Assembly (NCBI GenBank): GCA_965233585.1
Contig: CBDDTI010000747.1
Coordinates: 1,009,513-1,073,512, forward strand
Length of the DNA: 64,000 nucleotides
DNA from: a bacterium
GTDB taxonomy: Bacteria; SAR324; NAC60-12
Direction of reading: 5' to 3'
In this document: positions 1 through 9,297 of the stretch, piece by piece
Numbering within the stretch: the stretch's first letter is position 1
Layout of the letters: each line of letters starts with the position of its first letter
Made by a program: the position numbers and the translations under genes
The notes under the pieces: generated by a model
Seen by the model: the letters and a program-made list of their open reading frames with translations, nothing else
The model's database searches: none
Told to the model about the DNA's origin: nothing

Positions 1-25
1 CCCTTGTGGCATAACTGGTTTTGCT

Positions 26-122
26 AATACACGAGCCAGAAAAGGTGTGAAAAAGAATGATTTAGGGCATGTGGTTTGACTTTGATCTTTGTTTCTGGAA
101 CGAATCTAAATTGTTCTTCATT
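26..122. repeat. Degenerate direct repeat, copy 1 (copy 2 at 1348..1441), flanking the TA islet
   Basis: aatacacgagc...aaaagaatgattt...tttgactttg(a/g)tctttgttt...ttcatt occurs collinearly at both sites. Confidence 0.7.
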
Positions 123-133
123 CACTGATGACG

Positions 134-571
134 TTAGTTTAAAAAATCATCTAAATACAACACACCTACTTCTTGAATAGATTTGAATTGTCTATCATTC
201 GTCACGATTGAAGAACAACCACTTTGTATTGCTGTTGCTATATGAATTGTATCAAAAAGTTTAACCTGATAATCTGCTCTAATCTCTGACGATTTGATCA
301 AAATTTCTGTACTTATCTGTTGACATTGAACATAGGAATTGAAAAGTATTGCTTGCATATAAACATTTTCTAGGTCTTGGTTTTTATCTTTTTTAGGTTT
401 AACAAGACACTCTACAATCGTCAAAGTACTAGTCACAATTTGATGATTTCTTCCTTTTAGAACATTAAAAAAATCGCCAGCTAAACTTTGATATTTTTCT
501 ACTCCTTCAAAAACATAGATAAATACATTTGTATCAAAGTATAAAGGTCTATCAAAAAACTTATCTTTCAT
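134..571 (-). CDS. vapC: PIN-domain toxin (VapC family)
   Basis: LYFDTNVFI N-terminal motif, E in TIVECL, D in LFDTIHIATA, and VTNDRQF; directly downstream of an AbrB-type gene. Confidence 0.9.
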   Translation of the reverse strand: MKDKFFDRPLYFDTNVFIYVFEGVEKYQSLAGDFFNVLKGRNHQIVTSTLTIVECLVKPKKDKNQDLENVYMQAILFNSYVQCQQISTEILIKSSEIRADYQVKLFDTIHIATAIQSGCSSIVTNDRQFKSIQEVGVLYLDDFLN

Positions 572-583
572 TGAACTTGTCTT

Positions 584-853
584 TCATTCACTTCTTAGAT
601 GACGGACGTATTCATTGATTTCTTCAGCAGTTTCAAAGCTTCTATGTTCTTTTGCTATTCCTAACATAGAATGAAAATCAATAGCGACTTTTTCTCTTGG
701 TTGTATCGTTTGGGGTTCTAAGATGATTTTTCCATTTTCAGCTCTTGCTTCCAATGTATCGCCTTCGCTAATTCCGACCTCTCTGCGAACGGCAGCAGGA
801 ATTGTAATTTGACATTTTTGTTTGACTTTGACGTATGGCATTGCGTTCTCCAT
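584..853 (-). CDS. vapB: AbrB/MazE/SpoVT-family antitoxin
   Basis: QITIPAAVRREVGISEGDTL...GKIILEP swapped-hairpin motif; operon with the PIN toxin. Confidence 0.85.
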   Translation of the reverse strand: MENAMPYVKVKQKCQITIPAAVRREVGISEGDTLEARAENGKIILEPQTIQPREKVAIDFHSMLGIAKEHRSFETAEEINEYVRHLRSE

Positions 854-1060
854 TTTAAATAAGGGTTAGAAAGTGAGATTTTAGCAGATTCAAATTACAT
901 TGTGTCAACTTTGTCTTTCTTTTTATGGATTTTGTTTCTGCTCTTCAGAAAAATTGTTGATTGTTGAAGATGAACAAAAAATTTTTTTAAAGACAGCATA
1001 TAAAAGTAGTGAATATAATAAAATTTATAACTTAAATAACTAATTATGAAAGGAGAAGAA

Positions 1061-1339
1061 ATGAAATATTTTGATGAAGAAGAAAAAGAATTGATTGAAT
1101 CAATAGAAAATGGAGTCAATCAAGTTGATAGCGTTGCAAATTTAGAGGAAGAGAAGGCGAGGTATCAAGAAATATTTGCAAAAAATTTTTCTAAAAGGAA
1201 GGCAATAAGTTTGCGTATTTTAGAAAGTGATTTGTTTGATTTAAAAAGCCGAGCATTGGAAGAAGGAATACCTTATCAAACATTGATAAATTCAATTTTG
1301 CATAAGTATTTAAAAGGTTCTTTAAATCAAAAAAGCTGA
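1061..1339 (+). CDS. CopG/BrnA-like ribbon-helix-helix antitoxin (orphan)
   Basis: Acidic N-terminus EEEKELIESIE and C-terminal ISLRI..DL..LKSRALEEGIPYQTLINSILHKY; AGGAGA RBS before ATG 1061. Confidence 0.8.
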   Translation: MKYFDEEEKELIESIENGVNQVDSVANLEEEKARYQEIFAKNFSKRKAISLRILESDLFDLKSRALEEGIPYQTLINSILHKYLKGSLNQKS

Positions 1340-1347
1340 TAACACTC

Positions 1348-1441
1348 AATACACGAGCAAAAAAAGTGCCGAAAAGAATGATTTGCAGCAGGTTATTTGA
1401 CTTTGGTCTTTGTTTTGTGAGAGACTAACGGATTTTTCATT
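1348..1441. repeat. Degenerate direct repeat, copy 2; tpiA upstream region
   Basis: Collinear similarity to 26..122; contains TTGACT, a possible -35. Confidence 0.7.
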
Positions 1442-1452
1442 AGGAAAACGAT

Positions 1453-2196
1453 ATGATTCAACTCATTGCAGGCAACTGGAAAATGAATGGGTCGCGTGCT
1501 TTACTTCAGGAGATGGTGGAACGATTAGAAGCATTTGACCCCACAAAAATTCAGATTGCAGTCTGTCCTTCTTTTGTTCATCTCTCTGATGCCCTCCAGC
1601 TTTTTGAAAAGACTCCTTGGACGATTGGGGCGCAAAATATTTCTGACCAATTATCAGGTGCATTGACGGGTGAGACTTCTGTTTTGATGCTCAAAGAATA
1701 TCTTGTGCAGTTGTGTATTGTGGGGCATTCGGAACGGCGTCAATTTTTTCAAGAAAATGATGTGTTGATTGGCAAAAAAGCCTCGTTGTTACTGGAACAT
1801 GGAATCCGTCCCATTATCTGTGTAGGTGAGACATTAGAGCAACGTCAAAACAACGAACATGAAAAAGTTGTCTGTCAGCAGTTAACAGATATTTTTGAGC
1901 AAATTGCTCAAGACCATGTTGGTCAATGTGTGATTGCTTATGAACCTGTCTGGGCGATTGGAACAGGCAAGACAGCATCTGCACAAGATGCCAATGCGAT
2001 GCACATGGTGGTCAGGCATTTTTTGAAGGAATTGCATGCTCCTGTTGCTGATGCAATACCCTTGCTTTATGGTGGTAGTGTCAACGAAAGTAACTCTGAA
2101 GAATTGATGAAACAACCCCAAATCAATGGTGCATTGGTAGGTGGGGCAAGCCTGAAACCTGATAGCTTTGCCAACTTGATTCAAGCCACACTTTAA
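1453..2196 (+). CDS. tpiA: Triosephosphate isomerase
   Basis: AGNWKMN, GHSERR, AYEPVWAIGTG, LYGGSV, LVGGASL motifs. Confidence 0.98.
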   Translation: MIQLIAGNWKMNGSRALLQEMVERLEAFDPTKIQIAVCPSFVHLSDALQLFEKTPWTIGAQNISDQLSGALTGETSVLMLKEYLVQLCIVGHSERRQFFQENDVLIGKKASLLLEHGIRPIICVGETLEQRQNNEHEKVVCQQLTDIFEQIAQDHVGQCVIAYEPVWAIGTGKTASAQDANAMHMVVRHFLKELHAPVADAIPLLYGGSVNESNSEELMKQPQINGALVGGASLKPDSFANLIQATL

Positions 2197-2229
2197 ACCT
2201 ATTTTTTACTTTAAATTTATTTTTTGACC

Positions 2230-2631
2230 ATGTTTGAACTAATTCTAACAATACACATTGCGATTGCCGTGATCCTCATTTTTACTGTTCTTCTTCAATC
2301 TGGGAGGGGGTCGGAGATGGGCGCAGCATTTGGTGGACTTGGACAAGCCGCATCTGCCCGTGGTGAGATGAGTGGGCTTGCCAAATTTACCAGCTCCATT
2401 GCTGCTATTTTTATGGTGAGTTCTCTGACCCTTGCTTATCTTTCCTCCAAAGAAGTAGGTACCTCTGTCATCTCTAAAATTCAAGAGACTCCGATTTCTG
2501 CTTCTGCAACTGATACCACTCAAGAAGGTCAGGAAGAGACAACAGAGACGCCGACTTTAGACCAAACTGACGCTCCAGACCTGCAAAATTCTGGTGCTTC
2601 TCCTTCTGAAACAACTCCACAGGATCAATGA
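2230..2631 (+). CDS. secG: Preprotein translocase subunit SecG with acidic C-terminal tail
   Basis: Two TM helices, VLLQSGRGSEMGAAFGG motif, usual position after tpiA. Confidence 0.92.
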   Translation: MFELILTIHIAIAVILIFTVLLQSGRGSEMGAAFGGLGQAASARGEMSGLAKFTSSIAAIFMVSSLTLAYLSSKEVGTSVISKIQETPISASATDTTQEGQEETTETPTLDQTDAPDLQNSGASPSETTPQDQ

Positions 2632-4325
2632 TTCAAATCTTTCTTCTTACTTTTCTGTAAGGAGGAAGCCAACATTTCTTCAGCCGTTTCTATGGCTTGG
2701 GAACTTACAGTTTTTCCCCCAATGAGTTTGGCAAGACCTAGAGGAAGATTTTTTTGTGTGAGTGTTTGGGCTTTGGTGTAAACCGCACCTTGTTTGGTCG
2801 TTTTGCTGACCACGATGTGCTGTTGTGCAAACGATGCAATTTGTGGCAGATGCGTAATACAAATCGTTTGCCTCTCTTGAGAAAGTGAAAGAATTTTTTC
2901 TCCAACCATCTCTGCAATTCTGCCGCTGATTCCTGCATCTATCTCATCAAAAATGATGGAACAGTACTCATCTTGTTGTCTCAGGACTGTCTTGATGGCA
3001 AGCATCACTCTTGAAAGCTCTCCTCCTGATGCAATTTTTTCAAGAGGTCGCATTTCTTGTCCAAGATTTGCAGAAAAATAAAATTGCACAAGGTCAATGC
3101 CATTTTCACTATATGGGGGTGTTTTTTCAGAAGACCTTGTTTGAACGTTTGCTTGAAATTGGGCATTAGGCATTCCCAAATCATGCAACTGTCTGCAGAC
3201 TTGGGCGTCAAACTGTGTGGCAAGTGCTGAACGTTGTTGCGAAAGTTTTTGCGAGGCGTTTTCAAGTTCTTTGGTTAGCTGAAGCAGACGTTTTTCTGTC
3301 TCTTCTACCTCTAGTTCTAAATGTTCCAGCTGTGTCCGTTCTGCTTTTGCTTTTTCAAGGAAGGCAAGAATCTCATCAAGCGACCTGCCGTATTTCCGTT
3401 TGAGTTGCTGAATGGTATTTAAGCGGCTGTTAATTTGCTCAATACGTTCAGGGCAAAACTCTACTTTTGAATGGTAATCTGAAACCTGATAGAAGGTTTC
3501 TTGTAGTTGTAAGAAGGCATCTTCTGCAGATTGCAACAAAGGTTCTAAGGAAGGATCTATTTGGACAAGGTGAGAAAGTGAGTCCCGCGTTTTGTCAAGG
3601 TGGCTCAAGATGGATAGGTCGCTTTCAATACCTTGTTCAATGATGTCATAAGAGAGTGTTGCAAGTTTTTGGGCATTGACCAGCTTTTTGGATTCTTCTT
3701 GCAATTCTTGTTCTTCATTCTCTCGGAGTTGTGCATCAGTGATTTCACGAATTTGATAATCCAATAAATCTATGCGCAAGGCACGTTCTTGAAGCTGTTG
3801 CTGAATTTTACAGAGCAGTTTTTGTGCATCATGCCAAGCATGATAGAGGTCATAGACATGGAGTGTTTTCAAATTCCCAAAAGTATCCAAAAAAGTCAGA
3901 TGTGCTTGCCTGTCTAATAAATTTTTATTTTCATGTTGTCCATGAATCTGCACTAAAGATGAGCCGATGGCTTCCAATGTTCTTAAATTGACATTGACAT
4001 CGTTGAGGAAAATGCGTTGTGAGCCTGCTGATTTAATGATTCGCCTAACAATCAAGGCATCATCAAAATCAATTTCTGCTTCAGATAATAGTTTTTGGGT
4101 ATGAGGTAGTTTTTTAATGTCAAAAATGGCTTCAACTGACAACTTTTCGCATTGATCCCGAATGAGACCATAATCTGTTTTTTTCCCGATCGCTAATTGA
4201 ATCGCCTTAATGATGGCAGACTTCCCTGAACCTGTCTCGCCCGTGAGAACAATAAACCCAGAATCCAAAGATAACTCTAATAACTCTATCGTTGCCAGAT
4301 GAGAGATGCGAAGATTCGTCAGCAT
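2625..4325 (-). CDS. recN: DNA repair protein RecN
   Basis: LTGETGSGKS Walker A, coiled coil, ASGGELSRVMLA signature, IFDEIDAGISG, ITHLPQIA. Confidence 0.97.
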   Translation of the reverse strand: MLTNLRISHLATIELLELSLDSGFIVLTGETGSGKSAIIKAIQLAIGKKTDYGLIRDQCEKLSVEAIFDIKKLPHTQKLLSEAEIDFDDALIVRRIIKSAGSQRIFLNDVNVNLRTLEAIGSSLVQIHGQHENKNLLDRQAHLTFLDTFGNLKTLHVYDLYHAWHDAQKLLCKIQQQLQERALRIDLLDYQIREITDAQLRENEEQELQEESKKLVNAQKLATLSYDIIEQGIESDLSILSHLDKTRDSLSHLVQIDPSLEPLLQSAEDAFLQLQETFYQVSDYHSKVEFCPERIEQINSRLNTIQQLKRKYGRSLDEILAFLEKAKAERTQLEHLELEVEETEKRLLQLTKELENASQKLSQQRSALATQFDAQVCRQLHDLGMPNAQFQANVQTRSSEKTPPYSENGIDLVQFYFSANLGQEMRPLEKIASGGELSRVMLAIKTVLRQQDEYCSIIFDEIDAGISGRIAEMVGEKILSLSQERQTICITHLPQIASFAQQHIVVSKTTKQGAVYTKAQTLTQKNLPLGLAKLIGGKTVSSQAIETAEEMLASSLQKSKKKDLNH

Positions 4326-4435
4326 AGTAGAAAAGACAATTTGAAAGATTGACAAGACAAGATCGTTTCATTATCCTGCATTCTATGTTCCATATTCTGT
4401 GTTCCATAGTTTGATGCCATTAAGAAGGAAAAAAG

Positions 4436-4714
4436 ATGAATAAATTAGAACTTGTACAAAGACTCTCTGAAAAGCTGGGAAGAGATAAAGAAATCCTTGC
4501 TAAAAAAACAGTAGATTTATTTTTTAATCAAATCAAGGAATCCTTGCTTTCAGGGGAAGATGTTGAAGTGAGAGGCTTTGGAGTGTTTAGAGTGAAAACG
4601 ACAGAGGCTCATGTTGCTAGAAACCCCCGAACAGGTGAGCAAGTGCAAGTCCCTAGCAGAAGGCGCCCTGTCTTTAAGGTTGGGTTGAATCTTAAAGAAC
4701 GTATCAATAAGTAG
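4436..4714 (+). CDS. HU/IHF-family DNA-binding protein
   Basis: MNKLELV..., VEVRGFGVF, ARNPRTGEQV, PVFKVG. Confidence 0.93.
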   Translation: MNKLELVQRLSEKLGRDKEILAKKTVDLFFNQIKESLLSGEDVEVRGFGVFRVKTTEAHVARNPRTGEQVQVPSRRRPVFKVGLNLKERINK

Positions 4715-4727
4715 TTTGCTATTCTTG

Positions 4728-6638
4728 TCATTCTTTTTCTTGAAGCTGTTGTAATAGCTTCAAATTGTCTTTGGCTTGAGTGTATTGGGGGTCAATTTGA
4801 AGAGCCGCATTGAAAGCAGTTTTTGCCTCTTCTGCCTGACCTGCATTGGCTAAGATGACGCCTAAATTGTTAAACACTTCTGGGTCATTTGGATTGATTG
4901 ACACCGACTGTCTTAAATGTTGAAAGGCTTTTTCGTAGTTTCCCGCTTGTAATTCTTGTTGACCAAGTGCTTTGTGTGCTGTGGCAAGGGTCAATCTTCC
5001 TTGATTTTGATTTGCAACAGCAGGACGTCGTTGCAACAGTTCAATGATTTTTGAATATTCTCCTCTTGTTCCGTGCAGTTGTGCTTGTTCCAAGAAAGCA
5101 TCGTTAATAATCCCCTGAACTTCCCACATACTGACATGAGGTGCAATTTTGGTAATGATTTGGTATTCCTTCAGACTTTGGTCATAATTCCCCATAGAGC
5201 GATAGACACGAGCAAGATTGATTCTTGCTAATAAAAATCGTGACGCACTTTGTAAAGATTTATTGAAATAGACCTTTGCCGCACGAAATTGCTTTTGTTC
5301 TCCATAAGCAAAGCCCAAATTGTGCAAAGTTCGGGCTTTTGTAGGGGCTTTGTGTGCGGCATCTTTCCAAAGTGTCTCTGTTGTCTCATAAACAGCATTT
5401 CTTTGGCGAGTCCCCCAGATTCCAAAAAGGACGAAGGCGACCAATCCACAACCTATGATTTTTGATTTTTGATTTTTGATTGCCCAAAAAATGACATCTG
5501 CTAAAAAAAGCATCCAGCCAATCATTGGCAAGTAGGCTTTGTATTCCACCAAAATATCCCGCTCTGGGACAATAATATAAGGTCCAAAAGTGAGATAAAA
5601 CCAAAATCCCCCAAATGCACACAAACGGAACTTTTTATGAGCTAAGAAAAGCAACATTGCAATTACTGCGACATGAAAAGCGACGGCATACAATGTCAAA
5701 TCCTGACCAACTGCGGGGTCAAAATTATGATCAACGTTCATCCAATTTAAAACTGGTAAAGTGATGAGCTTCCAATAAAACACCATCACGCGGGACATCG
5801 TTTGCCAATGTTCAGTAGCAGACCACAAAGTGTCAGAGCCAAAACCAACAAAATAATTCCCATCTTTAAATAAGGCATTGTCTTTTAAAAAATAAAACAA
5901 AACCCCAGCGATTCCTAAAGTACCTAAAATGACAGGCAACAAGGCACGTTTGATTTTTTGCCAGCTGTCTAAGTGCATGAGGGCTTCATAAAGCACTGGC
6001 ACAACGAGCCATGTCATTGCCATTGATTTAGAACCTGCCGCCACCCAGTATGATGCTAATGCCAAAGAAACCCAAATGACAGAAGGTTTGTAATTTTTAT
6101 CAAAAAAGGAGTCCCTTGCCTTCACATAGCAAAGTGTTGCAAGCATGTAAAACAAGGTTGCCATTTGGGACGTGCGTTGTGTCAGGTAGGTGACTGCTGC
6201 ACTTGCCAGAGGGTGAATTGCAAAGATGGTCGCAACACTCATGGCTGTTAGGAGGAGAGAATATTGACGTTCTTGATGCTGAACGTATGTACTTTTAAGC
6301 AAAGTATAAACCAACAGGCACAAAACCCAAGCATTGATGATGTGGATAGCAATATTAACAATGTGGTATCCGTAAGGATTCAATCCGTCCCACTGGTGAT
6401 TGAGGGAAAATAAAATCAACGCAAAGTTTCGCCCTCCCAGACTAGAAAAAGCCTCTTTGAAGTAATAAGTCCAACTTTCCCAATTCCGTTCTACAAGAAA
6501 TGGAATGTCGTCAAAGTGAAAAACAGCGTTCAGAGAGTTGGAATATCCTAGCCAAATAATGCTAGGAACCCAGATGACAAAGAAAAATGTGAGGTTTCTT
6601 TTGCTGAGAAACTGATTGAAAAGATTGGATTGCATCAT
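4728..6638 (-). CDS. TMTC-like GT-C membrane glycosyltransferase with C-terminal TPRs
   Basis: YSNSLNAVFHFDD motif, YGYHIVNIAIH, FAIHPL, multiple TM helices, TPR repeats. Confidence 0.8.
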   Translation of the reverse strand: MMQSNLFNQFLSKRNLTFFFVIWVPSIIWLGYSNSLNAVFHFDDIPFLVERNWESWTYYFKEAFSSLGGRNFALILFSLNHQWDGLNPYGYHIVNIAIHIINAWVLCLLVYTLLKSTYVQHQERQYSLLLTAMSVATIFAIHPLASAAVTYLTQRTSQMATLFYMLATLCYVKARDSFFDKNYKPSVIWVSLALASYWVAAGSKSMAMTWLVVPVLYEALMHLDSWQKIKRALLPVILGTLGIAGVLFYFLKDNALFKDGNYFVGFGSDTLWSATEHWQTMSRVMVFYWKLITLPVLNWMNVDHNFDPAVGQDLTLYAVAFHVAVIAMLLFLAHKKFRLCAFGGFWFYLTFGPYIIVPERDILVEYKAYLPMIGWMLFLADVIFWAIKNQKSKIIGCGLVAFVLFGIWGTRQRNAVYETTETLWKDAAHKAPTKARTLHNLGFAYGEQKQFRAAKVYFNKSLQSASRFLLARINLARVYRSMGNYDQSLKEYQIITKIAPHVSMWEVQGIINDAFLEQAQLHGTRGEYSKIIELLQRRPAVANQNQGRLTLATAHKALGQQELQAGNYEKAFQHLRQSVSINPNDPEVFNNLGVILANAGQAEEAKTAFNAALQIDPQYTQAKDNLKLLQQLQEKE

Positions 6639-6658
6639 GTTAAAAAATTAGCAAAGAA

Positions 6659-7693
6659 CTATGAGGATTGGTCTGTGGCAACAGGGAGTATTTTGATTTC
6701 ATGTTGACCATCAGAAGTGGTCAATGTTGTTTGACCAGCAATACTTTTGTAGTTGACCATGGCGATTGCATGATAGGTGTCTTGATGTTGTAATTTGCTG
6801 ACACTGGTGACGGTGGCAACTTTTTTTTCATTCTCAAATTTTCCATTTTCAAAAAGAGAATCTTGGGCTTGAAGCTGAACAGAACAAGGGACTTTTAGCC
6901 CCATCAATTTTTTATTTGGGTGTCCAAGATGTTTCATTCTTGCATGGGTTTCTTGCCCAAGATAACAGCCTTTGCGATACGACATGTGCGATGTCAAAGA
7001 GGCTTCTTCAGGCAGACAGTTTTCATAATCTACACCATAGCGGGGAATCAGCTCATCAATTCGTTTATTTTCTAACACTTGAAACCCGATTAAACAAACG
7101 TTTTCTTGGCAAGATAAGTTCTGAAAGACCTCAAAATAATCCTGATAAGGAATGAGAAGACAGCAAGCTGAAGTGTTGCCAAAAGGTAGAGACCACCAGA
7201 AGCATTGATGGAATGTTTGACAGAATTGAGAGGCAATCACTTCTGCATTTTGACCAATGAGCTGACAATACACAAATTGTTCTTCCAGAAGAATTTCAAC
7301 GTCCTCTTGAATGTGGAATTTTTGCAGATGGTCTATGACAAAAGATGCGTGATTTGGCTCAGTCAAGAGGATAAGGTCTTCTTCAGTTCTTTGCAAAATG
7401 TCAATTCGTGTTAAAATCTTGCCTCTGTGTTGACAAATTAAACTTTGTTGGGATTCTCCATTTTGTAGAGTCAATACGTGATTTGTCACCATTCCATTTA
7501 AAAAATGCCGAACATCTTTTCCCCACAAACGCACCAATTCAAATGCCTTACAATCCAGCAAACCGCATTGGTTTGAAAGGTGATTTTGCTCTTCTTGTGC
7601 ATAAGAGATGGGTAGCTTGCCTTTGGGCAGTTGAACAAACTTGGCTTGGTGGTCTTGATGGAACAAGTCAATTTTTTCAAAAGGTTTCATCAT
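6659..7693 (-). CDS. ygfZ: YgfZ/GcvT folate-binding protein
   Basis: KGCYLGQE signature; FLNGMVTNHV. Confidence 0.9.
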   Translation of the reverse strand: MMKPFEKIDLFHQDHQAKFVQLPKGKLPISYAQEEQNHLSNQCGLLDCKAFELVRLWGKDVRHFLNGMVTNHVLTLQNGESQQSLICQHRGKILTRIDILQRTEEDLILLTEPNHASFVIDHLQKFHIQEDVEILLEEQFVYCQLIGQNAEVIASQFCQTFHQCFWWSLPFGNTSACCLLIPYQDYFEVFQNLSCQENVCLIGFQVLENKRIDELIPRYGVDYENCLPEEASLTSHMSYRKGCYLGQETHARMKHLGHPNKKLMGLKVPCSVQLQAQDSLFENGKFENEKKVATVTSVSKLQHQDTYHAIAMVNYKSIAGQTTLTTSDGQHEIKILPVATDQSS

Positions 7694-7804
7694 GTCTGGA
7701 AGATTGTGTCTGGAATATTATGGCATTTGAAGAACGATTTTTATTATAGCTAAACACACACTTTTATCTAGCACTTATATTTTTATCTAGCATTTATCTG
7801 GTTT

Positions 7805-9280
7805 ATGAAATTACAAACTCCGTATGTCGCATGTCTTGTCTTATCAGTCACTTTCCTCTTCAATTATCTTGCTGTCAACATTGGACTTCACACTGTTGCA
7901 GAAGTCGTCACTTATGCACTGCCTGCAATCTTGCTTCCTTTGATATTTTTACTATGTTCTGTCTGGTCTTTAGAAAAGCTATTTCAGGGTTCACCAAAGG
8001 CGATTAGTAGTTTTTTTATGTTCATCACGCTTGCGGCTGTTGTGGAGCCTCATCGTCAGAACAACCCTGAAATGCCCCTTTTGATCTTTTGGTCTTATGT
8101 CACTCCTTTGCTCCTGTTTGTCACGTGCTTGGGATATTTTTTTTGGAAAAAATCACTTCAACTTTTGCTGGTGTTTTTAATCGTTTTTGGGGCAGAGAGA
8201 GCGTATCAAACGAGCTTAAAACTTTATGAAAGGTGGGAAAAGCAGAGTTATGTTGAATCAGAAAGCTACCAAAGAGAATCAGCAAACTATTTCAATGACA
8301 CCCAAGATGTGAAGCCATTTGTTGAGAGATTGAATGTGTACCATGTCTTGATTGATAGTTATCCTTCATTGGAGGGACTTAAACGTTTTAACGCAAATAA
8401 TGAATCCTTTTATCAAACACTAGAGTCCAAAGGGTTTCGTGCGTATCGGCATGCGTTTTCAAATTATCCCAATACGCAAGAAAGTTTAATCTCTATGTGG
8501 GCTATGCAACATACTTACAACAATTCAGATGACAATTTTGACCCGTATGCACTGTATGGACGCAATGAAAGTTTTAGACGTTTGATCCAAGAAGACTATC
8601 AAATCTATTGTGATTACCCTTGTTATTCAAAAACACAAAGTCCAAGTCAACCTGTCTCTCCCAATATCAAATCTCAACTCCGTTTAAGGAATGACAGGCT
8701 TTTGCAATATTACATGCTTTATTATTTGGGACCGATTATTTCTACACTTTTAGGCACTTCTGAAAAACCTCAAGACTCCCTTGCAAGAGAATGGCTTTTG
8801 ATCAATGATCACCTTCAAAACCCTGCTTTTGTGTATTTGCACGACCTTTCTCATCAGGCACACCACCAAAAAAGACGCGAGGTTCTAAATCGCTCTATTC
8901 TGAAAATTGTTGACGACATTTCTCAAAAACAAGAACCTAGCATCATCATTTTGAGTTCAGACCATGGAAACAGAAAAGAATGGGCAGAAAATAACACTGA
9001 AAAAGAGACGCCACTTCATAACTTTGGGATTTTGCTGGCAATCAGATGGCCCCAAATGTGTGAGTCGTTCAATCAAGTAGAACGCATCACGCCTGTCAAT
9101 TTGTATGCTTATGTTTTTGCTTGTTTAGATGGAAGCCCTGAACCTGAAGAATTGCAACCTGATGACAGCTACATGAAGGGAAAGACTTTGCTTGAAGACA
9201 TCAACATCGGGGAAGACAATTATTTGCACATTCAAGATCATAAACCACTGAAGATGCCAAAACTTGTAGAGCAAAATTAA
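7805..9280 (+). CDS. Membrane-anchored sulfatase/alkaline-phosphatase-superfamily protein
   Basis: N-terminal TM helices; NVYHVLIDSY, SNYPNT, IILSSDHG motifs. Confidence 0.65.
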   Translation: MKLQTPYVACLVLSVTFLFNYLAVNIGLHTVAEVVTYALPAILLPLIFLLCSVWSLEKLFQGSPKAISSFFMFITLAAVVEPHRQNNPEMPLLIFWSYVTPLLLFVTCLGYFFWKKSLQLLLVFLIVFGAERAYQTSLKLYERWEKQSYVESESYQRESANYFNDTQDVKPFVERLNVYHVLIDSYPSLEGLKRFNANNESFYQTLESKGFRAYRHAFSNYPNTQESLISMWAMQHTYNNSDDNFDPYALYGRNESFRRLIQEDYQIYCDYPCYSKTQSPSQPVSPNIKSQLRLRNDRLLQYYMLYYLGPIISTLLGTSEKPQDSLAREWLLINDHLQNPAFVYLHDLSHQAHHQKRREVLNRSILKIVDDISQKQEPSIIILSSDHGNRKEWAENNTEKETPLHNFGILLAIRWPQMCESFNQVERITPVNLYAYVFACLDGSPEPEELQPDDSYMKGKTLLEDINIGEDNYLHIQDHKPLKMPKLVEQN

Positions 9281-9297
9281 AGATGTCTTGAGGACGC

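Noticed and set aside
2632..2720. tRNA-Leu often found after secG
   Set aside because: secG overlaps the recN stop directly and no cloverleaf is seen
7762..7801. Short ttttatctagca direct repeats between divergent genes
   Set aside because: Could be an operator, but too short and AT-rich to support
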